From contig CBFGIY010000019.1 in NCBI GenBank assembly GCA_965648935.1, positions 1 to 33,674 of the forward strand: DNA of 33,674 nt. The letters are read 5' to 3'. Positions 26,490-33,674 of this stretch are shown piece after piece. The DNA comes from a candidate division WOR-3 bacterium. Lineage in GTDB: Bacteria; Hydrothermota; Tepidihabitantia; Tepidihabitantales; Tepidihabitantaceae. Under the pieces are notes generated by a model, which did not search any database, was not told the DNA's origin, and worked only from the letters and a program-made list of their open reading frames with translations. The position numbers and the translations under genes are program-made. Positions within the stretch are counted from its first letter, which is position 1, and every line of letters starts with the position of its first letter.

Positions 26490-27329
26490 CTAGTAGTGTC
26501 GGTACGGTTCCAGGCGCAGGCGGCCGTCGACATCTGCAAGCGTACCGGCGGCGACCTCTGCATCATGGGCTGGGAAGCAGAGCCATTGCTCTGCCACGGC
26601 CTGAGCGACCAGACGCTCCTTAGCGTTCATTGTCTCAAGCGGCAGCACATCATACCCTATAATGTAGGGCGTGGCAATATGTGACTGCGTGGGCAAGAGG
26701 TCGGACCAGAAGAGCGCGGTGCGCCCGCCGGAACGGGCGAAAACGACCTGAAGCCCGGGAGTGTGGCTGGGAACGAGCTTCACCTCGATTCCGGGCACTG
26801 GCATGAAGTCGCCTTCGACAACTTCAAGCAGGCCGGCTTCCTTCACCGGCACGAAGTCTTCGGTGAGATAGGCGGCGCGCGACCGGTGGTTCGGGCTAAC
26901 AGCGAGCTGCCACTCGGCTCGCTGTACATAGTGCCGGGCTTTGGAGAAACGCGGCACGACGCGGCCTGACTCAATGCGTGTGGCGCCGCCGCAGTGGTCG
27001 AAGTGCAGGTGAGTCAGTATGACGTGAGTGATATCGTCGGCGCGCAAGCCGGCGCGCGCAAGCGAGGCGTCGATGGTATCGGTCCTTTCCACGCGGCAGG
27101 CGTCTGCGAAGTCCGGATCTGACTTGTCGCCAATACCGCAGTCGACCAGCACGCGGGCTGTGCCATTGATTATGAGCAGGGGCCGCAGTGCGAGCCTGAT
27201 GCGGCTGCCTTCGTCAGGGGGCTGGAGCTTCTGCCACGCCGGCCGCGGGACGACACCGAACATCGCCCCGCCGTCGACGCCGAAGAACCCATCGCAGAGG
27301 CTGTGCATCATGAGGTCGCCGAGTAGCAT
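26490..27329 (-). CDS. MBL-fold metallo-hydrolase, YtnP-like
   Basis: DGGAMFGVVP, THLHFDHCGG, SHTPG, GYDVLP and terminal AHD. Confidence 0.9.
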   Translation of the reverse strand: MLLGDLMMHSLCDGFFGVDGGAMFGVVPRPAWQKLQPPDEGSRIRLALRPLLIINGTARVLVDCGIGDKSDPDFADACRVERTDTIDASLARAGLRADDITHVILTHLHFDHCGGATRIESGRVVPRFSKARHYVQRAEWQLAVSPNHRSRAAYLTEDFVPVKEAGLLEVVEGDFMPVPGIEVKLVPSHTPGLQVVFARSGGRTALFWSDLLPTQSHIATPYIIGYDVLPLETMNAKERLVAQAVAEQWLCFPAHDAEVAAGTLADVDGRLRLEPYRHY

Positions 27330-27337
27330 TCTAGTCG

Positions 27338-27366
27338 ATTGTAGTGGTCAAACTCAACCAAAGCAA
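27338..27366 (-). promoter_or_regulatory. putative promoter of the MBL-transferase-ligase operon
   Basis: TTGCTT (27366-27361), 17-nt spacer, TACAAT (27343-27338), then 8 nt to the ATG with no Shine-Dalgarno. Confidence 0.55.
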
Positions 27367-27406
27367 ACCGTGCAGGGTGACTTTGAGCCCGCGCGCACAA
27401 ACTGGC

Positions 27407-27435
27407 TTGACAAAGCGACCAGGCGGCCGCACTAT
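27407..27435 (+). promoter_or_regulatory. putative promoter of the YVTN gene
   Basis: TTGACA (27407-27412), 17-nt spacer, CACTAT (27430-27435), followed by GGAGG. Confidence 0.5.
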
Positions 27436-27446
27436 GGAGGAGCAGG

Positions 27447-28430
27447 ATGGATTGCACAGGACCGCCAGCCGAACCGCAGGTCCCGGGAGCTGACCCGGCA
27501 GGGGGAGACCTTTACCCAGATTCGGTTCTAGCGACGATACCGGTCGGCGGAGAGCCGACCGACATCGCGGTCCTGCCTGATGGCAGCCGCATCTATGTCG
27601 CTAACTCCATTGGCAACCACCTGACGGTCGTCGACGTCGCATCACGCTCTGTGTCTGCCAGAGTTGTCTGCGGGAACAGCGCGTGGTTTGTTGCGCCCGA
27701 CCCGGTTGGCGGTCGCATCTACGTTGTCAACGAGTTCGACGGTTCGCTATCCGTTGTCCGCATCTCGGACAACCTCGTGGTCGGCTTGGTCGAAGATGTG
27801 GGCAGCTCGCCGGGCCGCTGCTGCGTGACGCCCGACAGCCGGCGGTGCTTTGTCGCTGACCAGAACGGCGATCGGCTGACCGTGGTACGGACAGAGAACC
27901 TTTCGATCGAGGCCCACATCGACGTCGGCCCGATACCGCACGACGTCGATTGTACGCCGAACGGCAGTCTGGTCTATGCCGTCGGCATCGGCTCGGCCAC
28001 GCTGACCTGCATCCGTACAAGCGACCTGGCGGTTGCCGCCGTCGTCGACCTCGGCTTCCGTGCCCACCGTGTCCGCTGTCTCCCTGACGGTGAGCATGTC
28101 GTCGCTTCGGAGTACTACGGCAACCGGCTCGCGGTCTTTCGTGCCGGCGACAACCGGCTCGTTCGGGTTGTTGACCTTGGCACACCCGTCTGCGGAATGA
28201 CGACCACCGGACGCGGCAAGTATCTCCACGTTGCAACCGACTATGACAGCGGCGCGGTCGCGGTGATGCGAATTGCGGATTGGGCCCTGCTTGGTTTCAT
28301 CCCGACCGGGATTCGGCCCCACTCGGTGCAAGCACCGGCCGACGGTAGCTTCATCGCTTCTTGTGATCGCGTCTCTCGCACTGTAACTCTCATGGGCCGG
28401 CACCTTCCTGTCCGGGATCAGCCGCGCTGA
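27447..28430 (+). CDS. YncE/YVTN-type beta-propeller repeat protein
   Basis: About seven 40-aa repeats of the type IPVGGEPTDIAVLPDGSRIYVAN. GGAGG RBS. Confidence 0.88.
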   Translation: MDCTGPPAEPQVPGADPAGGDLYPDSVLATIPVGGEPTDIAVLPDGSRIYVANSIGNHLTVVDVASRSVSARVVCGNSAWFVAPDPVGGRIYVVNEFDGSLSVVRISDNLVVGLVEDVGSSPGRCCVTPDSRRCFVADQNGDRLTVVRTENLSIEAHIDVGPIPHDVDCTPNGSLVYAVGIGSATLTCIRTSDLAVAAVVDLGFRAHRVRCLPDGEHVVASEYYGNRLAVFRAGDNRLVRVVDLGTPVCGMTTTGRGKYLHVATDYDSGAVAVMRIADWALLGFIPTGIRPHSVQAPADGSFIASCDRVSRTVTLMGRHLPVRDQPR

Positions 28431-28565
28431 CGCCATCAGGGTGGCGCATCAGGCCGCGGCACAATACTTCCGATCTTGCTCGCCCTGTTGCTCGCCCCGC
28501 AGTATCCGACTCGGCGGCCAGGGCAAGCGGTCGCAGATCACGCCCAGATTCGGTCATTACTTGCT

Positions 28566-28668
28566 GCCGTCTTAGTAGCTGTCGAATTCCTCAACCCAAG
28601 TCTGCCGTTTCTTTCTGCAGGACCGCCCCGGGGGCGGTCCCCCAACGGTTCGGCTTTGCAGCTTCGGC
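28566..28668 (-). promoter_or_regulatory. c-di-AMP (ydaO/yuaA)-like riboswitch aptamer, variant or degenerate
   Basis: Ordered motifs GCCGAA, a 3-bp GNRA hairpin, GGGGGACC, GGGGCG, a stem-loop, GGG and CGACAGCUA, closed by GCCG/CGGC. Several consensus positions deviate. Confidence 0.5.
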
Positions 28669-28828
28669 TTCCCCGCAAATCGTCACATGTCTGCAAGTGA
28701 CAGACTTTCTTGCGCTTACCTCTTGGCACTTATCTGTCATCTCGTCTTGTCACGTTCTTTCCGTCACAGGTTCGCTTGGCGGCCGTTCTGATGAGGCACT
28801 TGGGCCAAGAGAGATGAGGCGTTCGGTG

Positions 28829-28856
28829 TTGACTGACAGCAGGGGCTGTCTAGTAT
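28829..28856 (+). promoter_or_regulatory. sigma70-like promoter of the nfo operon
   Basis: TTGACT (28829-28834), 16-nt spacer, TAGTAT (28851-28856), 10 nt before the TTG start. Confidence 0.65.
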
Positions 28857-28866
28857 CGGTGGACTC

Positions 28867-29730
28867 TTGAGGCTTGGTTTCCACGTTTCCATTGCCGGCG
28901 GCCTCGCGCGAATGTGCGAGCGGGCCGTAGCGCTTGGCTGCCAGTGCATTCAGTTGTTCAGCCGCAACCCGCGCGGCTGGCGGACAACTGCGATCAGCAG
29001 GACTGAGGCGGCTGTTTTCCGGGCCGACATCAAGAAGGCCGGCATCGCGCCGGTCATTGTTCACGCTCCTTACTTGCTGAACCTTGCGACTGACGAGCCG
29101 CTGCTCAGAAAGCGGACAGTGACGGCACTTGCCGCGGAACTGAAGCGAGCGGCGTTGCTTGGGGCGCAGTACGTTGTGGTGCACGCCGGAAGTAACGCGC
29201 GGGTCAGTCCGGCAATGGCGTGTGCGCTGGTCGCGCGTTCGATCAACGCTGCGCTTGGTCGCGCACCGGGCCGAAGCGTGAAACTGCTGGTTGAGAACAC
29301 TGCCGGGTCGCGCGGCGATGTGGGGGCGAGGCTTGAGGGATTGGCCGGGGTCTTCGGCGGGCTACGGAGGACGGACCGTGTCGGCGTATGCCTAGACACG
29401 GCGCATCTTTTCTGCGCGGGGTATGACATTGGCACGCGCAAGGTGGTCGACACCGTGGTTCGCGAGTTCGACAGGGTCCTGGGGTTCGGCCGACTGTGCC
29501 TGCTTCACCTGAATGATACCAGGGCAGAACTGGGCTCGGGCAGAGATCGGCACTGGCACATCGGCGAAGGCAACATTGGGGAGCGCGGGTTCCGTGCCAT
29601 CGCGACTCACCCGCTTCTCGGTATGCTGCCAGGAGTAATGGAGACGCCGCGCAAGGCCGAGGGTGATGACCAGCGCAATATGGCCCGGATGAGGCGGCTG
29701 CAGAACCGGTCCGGAGGCACGGCTTCGTGA
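28867..29730 (+). CDS. nfo: endonuclease IV (AP endonuclease)
   Basis: GFHVSIAGG, QLFSRNPRGW, HAPYLLNLA, ENTAG, CLDTAH, HLND, DRHWHIGEG and ETP. Confidence 0.95.
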   Translation: MRLGFHVSIAGGLARMCERAVALGCQCIQLFSRNPRGWRTTAISRTEAAVFRADIKKAGIAPVIVHAPYLLNLATDEPLLRKRTVTALAAELKRAALLGAQYVVVHAGSNARVSPAMACALVARSINAALGRAPGRSVKLLVENTAGSRGDVGARLEGLAGVFGGLRRTDRVGVCLDTAHLFCAGYDIGTRKVVDTVVREFDRVLGFGRLCLLHLNDTRAELGSGRDRHWHIGEGNIGERGFRAIATHPLLGMLPGVMETPRKAEGDDQRNMARMRRLQNRSGGTAS

Positions 29731-31106
29731 AGTTGCGGTTCTGGGGCGGGGCCGGCACGGTCACCGGCTCCAAACACCTGCTGACATCGGGCAAGCACAC
29801 TCTGCTGTTGGAGTGCGGCCTGTTCCAAGGGCATCGTGACGAGGCCGAACATACCAATCGCAACCTGCCTTTCAAGGCGCGCGATGTCGACCATTGCGTG
29901 ATTTCGCACGCCCATATTGATCATGTCGGCAACGTACCAAACCTCGTGAAGTACGGGTTCCGCGGCAAGGTTCTGATGACACGCGGTTCGGTGGCACTGG
30001 CCCGGTTGCTGTTGCGCGATTCGGCGCATATTCAGGAATCTGATGTGCGCTATGTGAACAAGCACAAGCGCAACAACGGCAGCGAGCCGCGCCGTCCAGT
30101 ATACACCGTCGAAGACGCCGAGGAGTCGCTGCGCTACCTCGAGGGTACGAGCTATGCCCGGCGCAACAAGCTCGGGCCATTCACCGTGAATCTGCACGAC
30201 GCTGGACACATTCTTGGCTCGGCCCTCGTCGATATCGAGGTTGAGGGCCGGCGTCTGCTTTTCACGGGCGACCTCGGGCGACGGCGGATGCCCATCATCC
30301 GCGACCCGGTGCAGGTGACCGAGGCCGACTTCGCGATTATCGAGGCGACCTACGGTAACCGGCTGCACGGCGATTACACGCAGGTTGACTCCAGACTGGC
30401 TGATGTGGTGACGCGCGTGCACGACCGCGGCGGCAAGATCATTATCCCTTCGTTCGCGGTCGAGCGGGCCCAGGAAATCGTCTACACGCTGAACCGGCTC
30501 CGCCAGCACGAGCTGATTCCGCCCATGCCGGTGTATGTCGATAGCCCGCTGGCTACTTCGGTGACCGAGGTCTACCGCAGTTATCCGCAGTACTACGACG
30601 AAGAAGCCTACGGTATGCTCAATGGCCATCAGCAGCCGTTCGACTTTGAAGGGCTGCGCTATGTCGGTTCGGTCGAGGAGTCAAAAGCCTTGAACCAGGC
30701 GACCGAACCGTGCATAATCATCTCCGCGTCAGGTATGTGCGAAGCCGGCCGGGTACTGCATCACCTCAAACATTCGGTTGAGAACCCGAGGAATGCAGTG
30801 CTGATAGTGTCGTTCCAGGCCGAAAACACGTTGGGGCGGCACCTCGTCGAGAAGGCGCCCGTGGTCAAGATATACGGCGAGGAGCACATAGTGCGCTGTG
30901 ATGTGGTCGTAATGAACGAGTTCAGCGCCCATGCCGACCGCAACGGCCTGCTCGCGTATGTCGCGGGTATGAATCTACCGCGGCTGAAGAAGGTGTTCGT
31001 GGTGCATTCCGAGCCGGCTGTTGCAGAGGCGATGGTCGCGCCCCTGCGCGGGCTTGGTGTGAGAGACGTGATTCTGCCCAAAGTAGGAGATGAGTATGAG
31101 CTCTAG
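29727..31106 (+). CDS. MBL-fold beta-CASP ribonuclease (YSH1-like)
   Basis: GGAGTVTGSKHL, SHAHIDHVG, AGHILGSA, FTGDLG, EATYGNR, FAVERAQE, SASGMCEAGRVLHHL and FSAHAD. GTGA overlap with nfo. Confidence 0.93.
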   Translation: MKLRFWGGAGTVTGSKHLLTSGKHTLLLECGLFQGHRDEAEHTNRNLPFKARDVDHCVISHAHIDHVGNVPNLVKYGFRGKVLMTRGSVALARLLLRDSAHIQESDVRYVNKHKRNNGSEPRRPVYTVEDAEESLRYLEGTSYARRNKLGPFTVNLHDAGHILGSALVDIEVEGRRLLFTGDLGRRRMPIIRDPVQVTEADFAIIEATYGNRLHGDYTQVDSRLADVVTRVHDRGGKIIIPSFAVERAQEIVYTLNRLRQHELIPPMPVYVDSPLATSVTEVYRSYPQYYDEEAYGMLNGHQQPFDFEGLRYVGSVEESKALNQATEPCIIISASGMCEAGRVLHHLKHSVENPRNAVLIVSFQAENTLGRHLVEKAPVVKIYGEEHIVRCDVVVMNEFSAHADRNGLLAYVAGMNLPRLKKVFVVHSEPAVAEAMVAPLRGLGVRDVILPKVGDEYEL

Positions 31107-31794
31107 GCGTCTCTGGTCGCGGTGGCCGGCTGTCATGCTGGCCGCGGGGCTGGCCCTTGCCAACGCGGGCTGTGACTGGCTGCTCGGGCTTGACCGGGAG
31201 CCGCCGTTCTGCTTCTGGCGTAGCCCGGCCGACTCAGGCTATGTCAGCGGCACGGTATTGCTCCAGGTTGACGCCATCGACAGCCTAGGCGTTTCGGTCG
31301 TGGACTTTTTTGTCAACGGCGACCTTCTCGGCTCGGATTCCTTGCGACCTTACAGCGCGGCGTGGGACACAGGACCGCTCCCAGACAGAAGTTGGCACCG
31401 GCTCTGGGCGGTCGCGACCGACCTGTCGGGCAACCGGGGGTTTTCGGACTCGGTTTCGGTGCAGGTGCTCAAGGGCGGCCAGCGTAGTGTCTACCATGGC
31501 ACCATCACCATCGCCAACGGCCGATATTCCGCGACCCGTTTCGATGCCCGTGCCGGCGACACGCTTGTCGGTGAGTTTAGGGTGCAGTCGGGCAATCTCA
31601 CGCGCTTCGCCTGGCTGGACGGCGAGAACTTCGATAGGTTCCAGAACGGCCAGCCCCACAGTGCCATAGCCGAGGCCGTGGCTGTGAGCGAGTACTCGGT
31701 GTTGCGGCCGACGTCCGCCGGCCGCCAGTACATTGTGTTCGTCAACTCCGAGGGTTCGGAAAGAGTCGTCTGGGCCCGGTTCACACTGGAGTAG
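31090..31794 (+). CDS. lipoprotein with bacterial Ig-like domain
   Basis: Lipobox-like ANAGC. Ig-like SPADSGYVSGTV...VDFFVNG...PYSAAWDT...AVATDLSGN. The start could be 31090 or 31096. Confidence 0.78.
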   Translation: MSMSSRRLWSRWPAVMLAAGLALANAGCDWLLGLDREPPFCFWRSPADSGYVSGTVLLQVDAIDSLGVSVVDFFVNGDLLGSDSLRPYSAAWDTGPLPDRSWHRLWAVATDLSGNRGFSDSVSVQVLKGGQRSVYHGTITIANGRYSATRFDARAGDTLVGEFRVQSGNLTRFAWLDGENFDRFQNGQPHSAIAEAVAVSEYSVLRPTSAGRQYIVFVNSEGSERVVWARFTLE

Positions 31795-31797
31795 CCG

Positions 31798-33273
31798 ATG
31801 CTGTTACTTACGCTGTTGCTTTCGGTTCTGTCCAGGCCCGAGTTCGTGCCGGTCGGCCCGGACGACGTTCTGCGCTACGGTCAGCATCGGGCCGAGTTTG
31901 TCCATTGCAAAGTCCCCGGACCAAGACCTATCAGCTCGGGCGATGTGTTGCCGGGCCGGTATGTTGTTGGCTGTCGCGCCGGCGGACTGGCCGCGATGCT
32001 CGGCGTGGTCGAACGCGCTGGTGTCGAGGTGTTACGCGTTGACACCGTGCTGGGTTTCGCCGTGGTGCAGGCCGGCGCGGCCGACGTGCCCGGGCTGATG
32101 GCCGCGAGCCCGGCCGTCCGCTATGTCGAGCCGGACTGCGTCGTGCGTGCGGCTCTCGTGCCCAATGATCCTTTCTTCCTGCAGTACCAGTGGGACAAGT
32201 GGGTGATGTACTCGGACAAGGCTTGGGAGATTGTAACCGGCGCGACCGGCATCAAGGTGGCAATCATTGACAACGGCGTGGACTACAATCACCCCGACTT
32301 GACGGGGGCGTTTGTGCCGGGCAGCCCAGGCTATGACTTCGTGAGCAACGACAATGACCCGCGACCCGATAATCCGGGCCATCCTGAGGCCTTTCACGGC
32401 ACCCATGTCGCGGGCATTGTCTCTGCCGCGATAGACAACCGTATAGGAATTGCAGGCTGGGCCCAAGTCCAGCTCTACGCGGTCAAGGTGCTGTCCGATT
32501 CGGGCACCGGCAATACATCGGCGCTGGCTTCGGGCATCCGATGGGCTGCGGACAACGGTTGCAGGGTGGTCAACATGAGCCTGGGCGGGTCAAGCGCCCC
32601 GACCCCGCTGGTTGAGGCCTGTCAGTATGCGGCGAGCCGCAACGTGCTGCTGGTCGCGGCTGCGGGCAACGAAGGCTCGCAGCAGGTCAATTTCCCAGCA
32701 GGGCTGAACGAGTGCGTGGCGATCGGCGCGCTGGCCAGAGGCTCTGCCGTTGCCAGTTTCTCCAACCGCGGGGCACAGGTCGAGCTCTCGGCTCCCGGCG
32801 TCGACATACCCTCCACGATTCCCGGTGGCAGCTTCGCGTTCGCTTCAGGCACGTCGATGGCCGCGCCGCAGGTTGCGGGCGTGGCCGCGCTGCTGCTGGC
32901 GCTGGACCCTTCGTTGTCAGCTGCCGATGTGCGGGGCTTGCTTGCCGCGTCAAGCGTCGATATGGGCGCGCCCGGGCGCGACTGGGACTACGGCTTCGGA
33001 TTGGTCAATGCTCGGCGCGCACTCGACCTGGCCGTTGAGGTGCGTCTGTCGGCGTTGCTCCGTACCGAGCGGCGGTCCGGGCCAGGCCTGTTCGGGGCTA
33101 TGAAGCTGCCCAAATGGACAGAGACGGTGGAGGTCCTTGACTGCGCCGGACGGGTTGTTGAACGCCGCGGCCCGGGCGAGGCTGTCGGCGCGGGGCTGCC
33201 GCCCGGGGTCTACCTGGTTCGCCTGCTTGGGTCGGGTCGGAGCGAAGCCGCCCGGCTGGTCCGGGTTCGTTAG
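31798..33273 (+). CDS. S8 (subtilisin/thermitase-like) serine peptidase with short T9SS-like C-terminal tail
   Basis: Catalytic triad motifs IIDNGVD, HGTHVAG and GTSMAAP, plus AAAGN. C-terminal VLDCAGRVV...LPPGVYLVRL. Confidence 0.93.
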   Translation: MLLLTLLLSVLSRPEFVPVGPDDVLRYGQHRAEFVHCKVPGPRPISSGDVLPGRYVVGCRAGGLAAMLGVVERAGVEVLRVDTVLGFAVVQAGAADVPGLMAASPAVRYVEPDCVVRAALVPNDPFFLQYQWDKWVMYSDKAWEIVTGATGIKVAIIDNGVDYNHPDLTGAFVPGSPGYDFVSNDNDPRPDNPGHPEAFHGTHVAGIVSAAIDNRIGIAGWAQVQLYAVKVLSDSGTGNTSALASGIRWAADNGCRVVNMSLGGSSAPTPLVEACQYAASRNVLLVAAAGNEGSQQVNFPAGLNECVAIGALARGSAVASFSNRGAQVELSAPGVDIPSTIPGGSFAFASGTSMAAPQVAGVAALLLALDPSLSAADVRGLLAASSVDMGAPGRDWDYGFGLVNARRALDLAVEVRLSALLRTERRSGPGLFGAMKLPKWTETVEVLDCAGRVVERRGPGEAVGAGLPPGVYLVRLLGSGRSEAARLVRVR

Positions 33274-33308
33274 CTTCAGCAGTCCTATTCCGGTGCCGGC
33301 AGGTCGGC

Positions 33309-33674
33309 GGTAGCGTCAATCTTTTTGTGTAGATTCACAGGCAGTCCAGAGCGGGCGATTCTGCCACCGTCGGTTCAGCTTTTCAAACAACATATAGACG
33401 ATCCGGTCGCAGCTGGCTGGGTTGGCGAAGCAACCCATGGGCCGGGTTCTCCTTCGCAGCTCCCGGAACATTCGTTCAATCACGTTCGTGGTTCTGACCT
33501 TTACCCACAGCCGGCGTTCGTGCTTCAGTTCCCGCATGTGGACCAGCAGGTCCTCGATGTCGGTCTCCAGGCAGCGCACCGCCGACGGCTCGCACTCGCG
33601 CCAGCGTAAAGCCCAGCGTCGGGCACGACTGATCGCCTGCCGATAGTCGGCAGCCAGGTAGATGCCCCGCGCAC
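33309..33674 (-). mobile_element. right end of an IS256-family insertion sequence (truncated by the window edge)
   Basis: Transposase C-terminus followed by the terminal sequence TCTACACAAAAAGATTGACGCTACC ending at 33309, which resembles IS256-family inverted repeats. Confidence 0.85.
33316..33672 (-). CDS. IS256-family (Mutator-type) transposase, 3' part
   Basis: Frame is open to the window edge: ARGIYLAADYRQA...VRTTNVIERMFRELRRRTRPMGCFANPASCDRIVY. Confidence 0.9.
   Translation of the reverse strand, partial: ARGIYLAADYRQAISRARRWALRWRECEPSAVRCLETDIEDLLVHMRELKHERRLWVKVRTTNVIERMFRELRRRTRPMGCFANPASCDRIVYMLFEKLNRRWQNRPLWTACESTQKD

Noticed and set aside
28682..28767. Repeated GTCA(C/T) boxes as Pho-box-like operators
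   Set aside because: Spacing is 13-14 bp rather than 11 and the motif is too short to support a call.

Overview
GC-rich bacterial chromosomal segment made mostly of housekeeping and envelope genes. The FlgD/T9SS-like C-terminal tails and gene repertoire suggest an FCB-related, WOR-3-like organism, but this is inference only. Gene order: hutU; a secreted tail-fibre/collar-like protein; addA and addB; an unannotated 44-aa very basic ORF; a secreted beta-propeller-like protein; asnS; tRNA-Ala(GGC); TPR lipoprotein, HNH nuclease, Omp85 protein and uppP; DUF503, infB, nusA and rimP; a 1-kb non-coding gap; tRNA-Ala(UGC); an ADP-forming acyl-CoA ligase; a CoA-transferase/GNAT fusion; a YtnP-like MBL; a YVTN propeller; nfo; a beta-CASP MBL; an Ig-like lipoprotein; an S8 protease; and the end of an IS256 element. 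I found no CRISPR array, prophage, DGR or recognisable defence island. The most interesting signals are non-coding or too small for the ORF track: an orphan c-di-AMP (ydaO)-like riboswitch variant at 28566-28668, a ~210-nt structured element at 21955-22163 in front of a decayed Clp-like reading frame, tandem NrdR-like boxes with no nrd gene, two translationally coupled micro-ORFs, and a recurring 16-bp-spacer promoter that predicts leaderless mRNAs. All calls come from reading motifs by eye; no database search was run.
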